NCBI GenBank assembly: GCA_963674735.2
Contig: CAXXQS010000001.1
Span: forward strand, 608,001-672,000
Source of the DNA: Myxococcota bacterium
GTDB taxonomy: Bacteria; Myxococcota_A; SURF-8
Length of the DNA: 64,000 nt
Direction: 5' to 3'
Shown: piece after piece, positions 57,389 through 64,000 of the stretch
Position numbering within the stretch: position 1 is the first letter of the stretch
Layout: every line of letters begins with the position of its first letter
The notes under the pieces: model-generated
Told to the model about the DNA's origin: nothing
Database searches by the model: none
What the model saw: the letters and a program-made list of their open reading frames with translations, nothing else
Position numbers and translations under genes: made by a program

Positions 57389-57416
57389 AAACCCCACGTT
57401 TCGGCGTGGGGTTTTT
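57389..57416 (+). terminator. Intrinsic terminator ending the giant-protein operon
   Basis: AAACCCCACG-TTTCGG-CGTGGGGTTTTT. Confidence 0.85.
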
Positions 57417-57692
57417 CATTAAAGAAGCGTTCGGCCCACTGCGTCATGTTCTCCGGATAATTCTTTACGATTGCAAGAGAAAAGTGGTATGAATAAACAG
57501 CTAAGCCTGTCGACGCGCTGCTTCATTGGCGTTGTTTGGGGATAGGCTGGCTGCTGTTTCCCTTTGCGGAATCATCCTTCCGACTTTTCAGGCAAGATCA
57601 ACATTGTGGTTGGAATGGGATAGGAAACATCGGGATGCAAAGCAACCTGTTGTCACTCTATCTAGTGATTGGTAATTTACGAGGAGTAACTC

Positions 57693-58913
57693 ATGGCCAG
57701 ACTGCTCGACCTTCATGTGCATCCCAGTCTAAAGATGTATTACCTGCCTTATTTGAGGGCATCTTTTCATGCACGGGTGCTATCGGGACCGTTTCGCAAC
57801 CCCTTGTCTTTTCGAACTCAGTACTCGCACCTGAAGAATTCGCCAGTCAAAATCATGCTTTGCGCACATTATGTGATTGAGCAGGATTTCGTCAAGCATG
57901 GCATTCAGGGATGGGCGCGAGCTGTTTCATGGATCTTTGCTCCTTTGTTTTACGGGAAGCTGAGGCGGGAAGATCCTTACAAAGCCTTGAATGGGATGAT
58001 GGACACGCTGGAGAAGGCTGCCGCCAACACCAATCGCTGGGTATTTGGAAACGGTACCCGCTTTAAACTCGTGCGCCGCTTTGCCGAACTTCAGGATTTG
58101 GGATCCAACGAAATCGCTCTCGTTCATGCCATCGAAGGGGCGCATGCGTTGGGATACCATCCCGAGCCCGGTCAGAGCCTCGATGATTTCATGCAGCAGA
58201 CGCTCAAACGCTTGAAAGAAGTGAAGGAACGAGGTGTTTGTCTAATCACGCTGGCCCATTTCTGGGACAACATGTTTGCGCCGCAAACCAACGGCACCGA
58301 GCTTGTTCCGAAAAGGAAAAACGGTGAAATGTCGCGCGATTACGATGACTTGATGGCGGAAATGAAGCGCGCCGACTGGGAGTGGGGCGATAAACAACGT
58401 TTGGCCGAGCCTTTTGCTCGCGCCTGTCTTGAAATGGGCATGCTTATCGACATCTCCCACACCCAGGAACATGCTCGTTGGCGGATCTACGAGCTTTGTG
58501 AAAGCTATGATCGTCCTGTTATCGCTTCACATGTGGGTTTGCGCCATTTTTTCAACCACGAGTACAACTTGTCCGATGACGAAGTGTTGCGGATTCATAA
58601 ATTGGGCGGAATCGTGGGCTTGATTCTGTCGCGCCGTTGGCTGGTCGACCCGCTCAAACATCCCGAAACCTCCGGTAACGGGATCGATGATCTCATCGAA
58701 AACATGCTTTATATTCGCAACCTTACTGGCGATGTGTCCTGCATCGGCATCGGGACCGACTTCGATGGCTTGACGGATCCCTTCGATGATTGCTATCATC
58801 CGGGACACCTGGACCGCGTTGCCGAGGCCATGCGAAAGCATTTCACCGAAGGCGAAATCGACCAGATTCTCTACGGAAATTCCTTGCGGGCGCTTGAACG
58901 CGGGTGGGATTAA
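57693..58913 (+). CDS. Membrane dipeptidase (peptidase M19 / amidohydrolase fold) family protein
   Basis: DLHVH, IEG, ITLAH, IDISH, ASH, NLSD, GIGTDFDG, GNSLR; GAGGAG RBS. Confidence 0.85.
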   Translation: MARLLDLHVHPSLKMYYLPYLRASFHARVLSGPFRNPLSFRTQYSHLKNSPVKIMLCAHYVIEQDFVKHGIQGWARAVSWIFAPLFYGKLRREDPYKALNGMMDTLEKAAANTNRWVFGNGTRFKLVRRFAELQDLGSNEIALVHAIEGAHALGYHPEPGQSLDDFMQQTLKRLKEVKERGVCLITLAHFWDNMFAPQTNGTELVPKRKNGEMSRDYDDLMAEMKRADWEWGDKQRLAEPFARACLEMGMLIDISHTQEHARWRIYELCESYDRPVIASHVGLRHFFNHEYNLSDDEVLRIHKLGGIVGLILSRRWLVDPLKHPETSGNGIDDLIENMLYIRNLTGDVSCIGIGTDFDGLTDPFDDCYHPGHLDRVAEAMRKHFTEGEIDQILYGNSLRALERGWD

Positions 58914-58943
58914 GCGGATTGACGATTTGTTGATGATCGATAG

Positions 58944-58968
58944 GGCGGCACCTGCGGGTGCCGTTTTT
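58944..58968 (+). terminator. Intrinsic terminator between convergent genes
   Basis: CGGCACC-TGCG-GGTGCCG-TTTTT. Confidence 0.7.
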
Positions 58969-59762
58969 CATGCCCGCTGAAACGGTAGAGCCACCAGAAA
59001 CAACAAGGCTTCCACAAGAATAATGGTCGCCCCACTGGGGACATCCAGGAGGAACGATGCCATCAATCCGGTGATCGTCGATAGAACCCCGATCAAAATG
59101 GATAGGACGGTCATGCCGAAGAAGGTGCGCGCCAACAGGCGAGCTGTGGCGGCGGGAATGACCAGAAAGGCGGCGATCAGGACGATTCCGAGTACCTTGA
59201 CGGCCGTCACGACGACGACCGCGATCAGGATGGACAAGATATAGTCGTCACGGCGGGTAGTGAGATGATCGGCTTCGGCCAGTTCGTTATCGAAGGTGGA
59301 ATAGGCCCAGCGGCTCCACAAAGGCAATGTTGCGGCGACGATGAGCATCACGATGGCGGCGGCGGCCAGGTCGGTGGAGGTGACGGCTAGGATGGACCCG
59401 AAGAGATACGAAAAAGCCTCGGTAGTGTAATCCTGTTTCAGCGACAGAAAGATGATCCCCATCGCCATGGCGACGGCGAAGAAAATGCCGACGGCCGTGT
59501 CGCCGCCGAGTTGGGTGTGTTGACGGATCCAGGTGATGCCGATGGCGGCCAATACGGTGAAGGGCAGGGCGATTGCGAGAGGTTCGACGCCCAGTAAAAG
59601 ACCGAGTGCGACTCCTCCGAAAGCCGAGTGAGCCAGGCCCGCTCCCAGAAAAGCCAGTCGTCGCTGGACGATGAAAACGCCGAGGTAACTGGCCATCAGA
59701 CCCGCCAGCAGTCCTGCAAGAAGCGCACGTTGCATGAAAGGTAGTGAGAAAGCCTCAATCAT
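58968..59762 (-). CDS. znuB: Zn/Mn ABC transporter permease (ZnuB-like)
   Basis: FMQRALLAG, LAHSAFGG, YLFGSIL, PSGATII. Confidence 0.9.
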   Translation of the reverse strand: MIEAFSLPFMQRALLAGLLAGLMASYLGVFIVQRRLAFLGAGLAHSAFGGVALGLLLGVEPLAIALPFTVLAAIGITWIRQHTQLGGDTAVGIFFAVAMAMGIIFLSLKQDYTTEAFSYLFGSILAVTSTDLAAAAIVMLIVAATLPLWSRWAYSTFDNELAEADHLTTRRDDYILSILIAVVVVTAVKVLGIVLIAAFLVIPAATARLLARTFFGMTVLSILIGVLSTITGLMASFLLDVPSGATIILVEALLFLVALPFQRA

Positions 59763-60507
59763 GCTTGACTCCGATAAACATGGCGTGATCGTGACCGACG
59801 TGGCCGAAGGCGCGCCGCATGCTGTCGTCAGTGAGGGCTTCCGTCGGACTCCCGAAACTCAGTTGACGGCGGTTGAGAACCAGGACGTGGGTGCACAGGT
59901 GACAGACGGCATTGAGGTCGTGGGTGATCATGACGACCGTGGCGTTTTTTTCGCGCTGATAGTGCCCGAGCAGGTCGTACATGTCGGATTCGCCCGCGAT
60001 ATCGACGCCGGTAGCCGGTTCATCCAGCATCACCATACGTGGTTCGGCGATCAGGCCGCGTGCCAGATACACTTTCTGCAGCTCGCCGCCGGAGAGACGG
60101 CTGACGGTGCGATCGGCCAGATAGTCCGCGCCGATTGACTTCAAGGCCGAAATGGCACGGCTTTTAACCGAAGCCGACAAACGACCCGGCCAGCGTTTTA
60201 AAAGCCCCGTTGCGACCAACTCACATGCCAGTGCGGGAAAGCGGCGGTCGAGGGTTTTGATTTGCGGAACGTAGCCCACCACACCGGAAGGAACGTTTTT
60301 CGGCGTATTTCCGAATACTTCGATGCGTCCTTTTGCATGGGGGATCAGACCCAACGCCGTGCGTAGGAGCGTGGATTTACCGGCTCCGTTTGGACCGACG
60401 ACCGATAAGAATGCGCCTTCCGGAAGCGCTAAATTGACCTCTTCCAGGGCAATCTGGCCATTGTACTGTACCGATAATCCGGCTATTTCAAGGGCATGGG
60501 TGCTCAT
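59755..60507 (-). CDS. znuC: Zn/Mn ABC transporter ATP-binding protein (ZnuC-like)
   Basis: GPNGAGKST, GYVPQ, LSGGE, LDEP, THD. Confidence 0.92.
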   Translation of the reverse strand: MSTHALEIAGLSVQYNGQIALEEVNLALPEGAFLSVVGPNGAGKSTLLRTALGLIPHAKGRIEVFGNTPKNVPSGVVGYVPQIKTLDRRFPALACELVATGLLKRWPGRLSASVKSRAISALKSIGADYLADRTVSRLSGGELQKVYLARGLIAEPRMVMLDEPATGVDIAGESDMYDLLGHYQREKNATVVMITHDLNAVCHLCTHVLVLNRRQLSFGSPTEALTDDSMRRAFGHVGHDHAMFIGVKHD

Positions 60508-61412
60508 TGAAAATTTGTCCGAAGGGTTTTCGCTATGGCTTCGATGATGTCACGGTAGCGCATGGGAGGCTGTCCGATTGGATCGATCACGTGCACTTTG
60601 GCGTGGATCGACTCGGCCACGACATCGGCGGGCCGTTGCGGCAGTTGGGGCATCGTATAAATCATACGGATCTTTTGTTTGAGACCGAGCTTGATCGTTC
60701 GGGCCAGATCGCGCGGCGAAGGTTCCTTGCCGGGGACGGTAACGATGGTTCCCGCATGCCGGAGCTTGTAACGGTGGATGAAATACGTCAGGAACGGATA
60801 GGCCAACAAAAACGGCGTGCTTTTCACCGGTTTCAATGTCGCCGCGGTTTCGAGATCCAACTTATCGAGATCTTTTGCGAACTGCTTGCCGCGTGTTTGG
60901 TAATGGCTGCAGCCTTCGGCATCGATGCTGCACAGCGTAGTGACGATACCCGGAATCGTCGCTTTTACCGCTTGTGGATCGGTCCAGAAGTGTGGGTCGA
61001 CTCCTTCCTCATGATCGGAGCCTGTTTCGTGGCTGGAATTATGTAAGGTATTGTTATTCTTGGTTTCTTCATGTGAATGACGCCCATGCAGGATGTATGA
61101 TTCGGGGAGAAAATCAATGACGGCAACCTTTCGGGGAGCCGGAAGCCGGGCTGCGAAACCGTCAAGGCCGGGAGAGATATAAAAAAGCACCGCCGCCGAT
61201 TCGACTGTTCGAACATCGGATGGACGCGGTTCGAAGGTATGTGGAGAGGCACCGGCCGGGAGCAGTCTGACAACCTTCGTGCGTGGGGCGGCGATTTCGT
61301 CTAAAACGGCCGCCAGAGGGTGGATGGTGGCGATGATGGTCGGTTGTGCCTGGGCTACGGACGCCATCGCGGAAAGAAGCGTCAAAACAAGGATAACACG
61401 TAATGTCTGCAT
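60504..61412 (-). CDS. znuA: Zn/Mn ABC transporter substrate-binding protein (ZnuA-like)
   Basis: Signal peptide; SPHTFEP; His-rich loop; DPHFW. Confidence 0.9.
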   Translation of the reverse strand: MQTLRVILVLTLLSAMASVAQAQPTIIATIHPLAAVLDEIAAPRTKVVRLLPAGASPHTFEPRPSDVRTVESAAVLFYISPGLDGFAARLPAPRKVAVIDFLPESYILHGRHSHEETKNNNTLHNSSHETGSDHEEGVDPHFWTDPQAVKATIPGIVTTLCSIDAEGCSHYQTRGKQFAKDLDKLDLETAATLKPVKSTPFLLAYPFLTYFIHRYKLRHAGTIVTVPGKEPSPRDLARTIKLGLKQKIRMIYTMPQLPQRPADVVAESIHAKVHVIDPIGQPPMRYRDIIEAIAKTLRTNFQ

Positions 61413-61451
61413 GGTATGACTGAGGTCCTGCTTTCGGTTTCAAGGCGTGTG

Positions 61452-61480
61452 ACCTTAGCATCGTATCATGTGTCTGTCAA
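61452..61480 (-). promoter_or_regulatory. Putative sigma70 promoter for the metal ABC operon
   Basis: Minus strand TTGACA-17 bp-TAAGGT with an extended -10 TG. Confidence 0.5.
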
Positions 61481-61533
61481 GGTGCGTGAAACCTGAATTC
61501 ATTGTTAAAACAGCTAGATGGAGTACGTTAAGT

Positions 61534-62937
61534 TTATTCTCCACGGATGCGTCGGCTAAAAGACTCGAATCCGGCGCGGCCCATGAGTCCATAGGCGAAC
61601 TGCTTACCCAGTTCAACTCCCGGTTGGTCGAAAGGATTGACGCCGTAGAGGTAACCGGCGAAGACCGTCATCGCTTCCGCCCAGAATACGAGTTGTCCCA
61701 ACGTGTCGGCGTCGAGTTTCGGCAGCGTCACTTGGTAAGTCATCCGTTTCTGCTCGTTCAACGCGAAACGCGAGGCGGTTTGCTCGGCCAGCAACAGTTC
61801 CTGCATGGAATGACCGGCGAAATATTGCAGGGCTTCCGGGATCCGTGATTTCGGTGGAAAAGCGAGTGGTTTTCCGAAGGATTCGTTGCGGATGAACATG
61901 AAAACCTTGTCGTCGGGGCCCTCCATGTAAAGCTGCATCTGGGAATGCTGGTCGATTGCGCCGAGTGTTTTAATCGGCGTGGTGCCCGTATGCACCTCTC
62001 CGCCCGATTCATCGACGGCTTTCCCGAGGCTTTCGGCCCAAAGCTGGCAGAACCACTCGGTCCAGGCCTTCAACCCATCCGCATAGGGAAAGGCCACGAC
62101 CATGTTACGACCCAACTGCTGGTCGGCGATGATATGCAGGAGAGCACCGGCCAAAGCCGGGTTGTCGGCTATGGAATCGGACAAGCAACGCTGGGCCATA
62201 TGCTCCGCTCCGGCCAGTAACTTTGAAGCATCGACTCCGAGAGCCAGGGCTGGCAGCAAACCCACCGGACTGAGGACGGAAAAACGTCCGCCCACATCGG
62301 ATGGCACGTCCAGAGTTTGGATGCCGTCGGTGGCGGCGAGTTTGTTGAGGATGCCTTTTTCCGGGTCGGTGGTGAACAACAGGTGTTGCGCCCAGGTATC
62401 GGGGAAACGGCGTTTGAGGATGTCGCGTACAAGAATGAACTGGGAGGCGGTCTCAGCGGTGGAACCGGATTTGGACACGACATTGAAGACCGTGCGCTTA
62501 AGGTCAAGGTGGCTCATCAGGGCATTGAAGTGCGCCGGATCGTTGTTTTCGAGTAGATAAAGGCGCATGCCTTTGCGCTTGGAATCGGGAAGCTCATTGT
62601 GGTAGGGGTGCGCAAGAGCGTCTTTCAGCATTCGTGCTCCCAAGGCGGAGCCGCCGATGCCGATAATCACCAGGTTGTCGAAGCGCGAGCGCAGGTTTTT
62701 AGCTGCTTGGCGAACAGGAGCGAGAGTGGCTTTGTCGCCGTATACGGCTGGCAATTTCCAAAACCCCAGCTCGCCGTTAGCGACTTCACGTCGTACACGC
62801 TCAAGGCTGAGGCGAAGGCGTTTTTTATAAGTATTTTGGAGGGCTTTCGTGATTCCTCCACGACCGAAGCCGGAAGAAAAATCGAAAGCGATATCGGGGG
62901 CTGGTTTTCGGGCGAAAGATTTCGCTGATTTCGACAT
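61534..62937 (-). CDS. pgi: Glucose-6-phosphate isomerase
   Basis: IGIGGSALG, SKSGST.ET, VGGRFSV, QLWAESLGK, DQHSQ.Q, NPFDQPGVE.GK; ATG 62937 best spaced from the GGAGGA RBS. Confidence 0.95.
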   Translation of the reverse strand: MSKSAKSFARKPAPDIAFDFSSGFGRGGITKALQNTYKKRLRLSLERVRREVANGELGFWKLPAVYGDKATLAPVRQAAKNLRSRFDNLVIIGIGGSALGARMLKDALAHPYHNELPDSKRKGMRLYLLENNDPAHFNALMSHLDLKRTVFNVVSKSGSTAETASQFILVRDILKRRFPDTWAQHLLFTTDPEKGILNKLAATDGIQTLDVPSDVGGRFSVLSPVGLLPALALGVDASKLLAGAEHMAQRCLSDSIADNPALAGALLHIIADQQLGRNMVVAFPYADGLKAWTEWFCQLWAESLGKAVDESGGEVHTGTTPIKTLGAIDQHSQMQLYMEGPDDKVFMFIRNESFGKPLAFPPKSRIPEALQYFAGHSMQELLLAEQTASRFALNEQKRMTYQVTLPKLDADTLGQLVFWAEAMTVFAGYLYGVNPFDQPGVELGKQFAYGLMGRAGFESFSRRIRGE

Positions 62938-63084
62938 GTGCATCCTCCCATGGGCAATCTGCTATGATCGCGTGTAGCTTACACCACACAGGATAGATAG
63001 ACAAGCTTCCACCTTCCCATAAAAAGCATAGGATTTGAGATGGTTGCTTGTAGGCCGACAATTCGATTCGGAAGATTCGTTGTT

Positions 63085-64000
63085 TCAGTCCAGCGGCGTG
63101 GCGGATATCGCCGACATCAGGTGGTTGAGGCTAAGCATATTCGTCCCGTTGAAGTTCATCAAATCATCGAAATCAAGATCGTTCAGCTTGATGGCCTGCA
63201 ACATGCTGTGATAGGGCGTTTGGGCCGACAACATCAGAGCCACGGGGGATGGAATGCGAAGCGTTTGCGAGATGACACCATTGCCGAAATAGATTGACCA
63301 CGTGTGGGTGAGTTCGCTACCCGGATCTCTCCAGACGATCAACAGGCGTCGGAAGTCGGCTTCAGGTTGAGCGGGCAGGGACAGGGAAAGGGTTCCCCAG
63401 CCGCCGTCAAGAACGATGTCGGCGTCGGACCGACTCGGAGCGTCGAGGAAGGCAGGCATGTCGACGCTTTGAGGTGGATTTCCCGAACGATGCAACAGCA
63501 TGGAATGGCTGAAAAAGGGTGTCGCGGCGTGAAGGGTGCCGGACATATGATCGCCGATATCGAAGGCGACGGCAACGGTTAAGTAGGGCGAGAGGTAAAC
63601 TCCGCTATGTTGTGGGGCATAGTTGATATCCAGAACATTATTGTCGTCATCGCCGAATCGGCAGTCGGACGGTTCATCATTTTCGTATAAAGTATCAAGC
63701 CCAGCCGCAAGACCCAAGGGGGAGAAACCCGTGTGAGGTTCGTCGACACCCAGCATCACAATCAAGCCTTCAGCACAAGTTCGGATATCGGTGTTCAATG
63801 CGGGAAGAGAGGCGAAATGCAAGCCGGCGGTCCTCGTCAAGGTTTCGGTGCCTTTCAAACTGAGTTCGATATCGGGTAGGTCGTTGTATGGCGGAACGAA
63901 ATCATTCCTGCTTCCATTCATATTGAGATCTTCCGTGTCTTCCTGCATGAGTTGGGCAGTGAGATCAAGCCCTGTTTTGAATCCATGAACATAGCCATCG
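63085..64000 (-). CDS. Hypothetical protein, 5' end beyond the window
   Basis: The frame of the 63085-63948 ORF stays open to the window edge; no recognisable motif. Confidence 0.6.
   Translation of the reverse strand, partial: DGYVHGFKTGLDLTAQLMQEDTEDLNMNGSRNDFVPPYNDLPDIELSLKGTETLTRTAGLHFASLPALNTDIRTCAEGLIVMLGVDEPHTGFSPLGLAAGLDTLYENDEPSDCRFGDDDNNVLDINYAPQHSGVYLSPYLTVAVAFDIGDHMSGTLHAATPFFSHSMLLHRSGNPPQSVDMPAFLDAPSRSDADIVLDGGWGTLSLSLPAQPEADFRRLLIVWRDPGSELTHTWSIYFGNGVISQTLRIPSPVALMLSAQTPYHSMLQAIKLNDLDFDDLMNFNGTNMLSLNHLMSAISATPLD

Noticed and set aside
61413-61533. Zur/Fur box upstream of the metal ABC operon
   Set aside because: No convincing AT-rich palindrome could be identified by eye.
1-64000. 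Complete diversity-generating retroelement
   Set aside because: Two FGE-fold genes are present, but no reverse transcriptase, Avd or template repeat was found in the window.

Overview
GC-rich bacterial chromosomal window. The lineage is inferred to be Myxococcota/deltaproteobacterial-like from an AgmX/PglI-type domain, a CAP protein, DxDGD-rich Cys-rich lipoproteins and delta-60 repeats. About 38 protein-coding genes are supported. No tRNA, rRNA, CRISPR array, transposase, integrase or reverse transcriptase was found. Housekeeping genes are queF, glyA, two tandem ndk, rlmN, a YgiQ radical SAM, an acyl-CoA ligase, a cyclophilin, a Zn/Mn ABC transporter and pgi. Three accessory modules stand out. 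(1) A cassette occurring twice (15691-20218 and 22510-27283): a 14-TM MFS-like protein carrying an inserted, apparently periplasm-facing SAM-binding (spermidine-synthase-like) domain, followed by a GT-C glycosyltransferase with a C-terminal CBM-like domain; one copy ends in an MBOAT acyltransferase. This is my best candidate for an undescribed extracytoplasmic glycan methylation/acylation system. (2) A ~14.6 kb operon: a 3756-aa secreted Cys/Gly-rich mosaic protein ending in a non-catalytic FGE/C-type-lectin-fold domain, plus two acidic Cys-rich lipoproteins. (3) An OleA-like condensing enzyme coupled to a sulfotransferase. Several intergenic regions form long nested imperfect hairpins (notably 22203-22509, 13004-13209, 27444-27589), and there is a REP-like doublet at 9156-9226. 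All family assignments are from motifs read by eye; no database searches were run.
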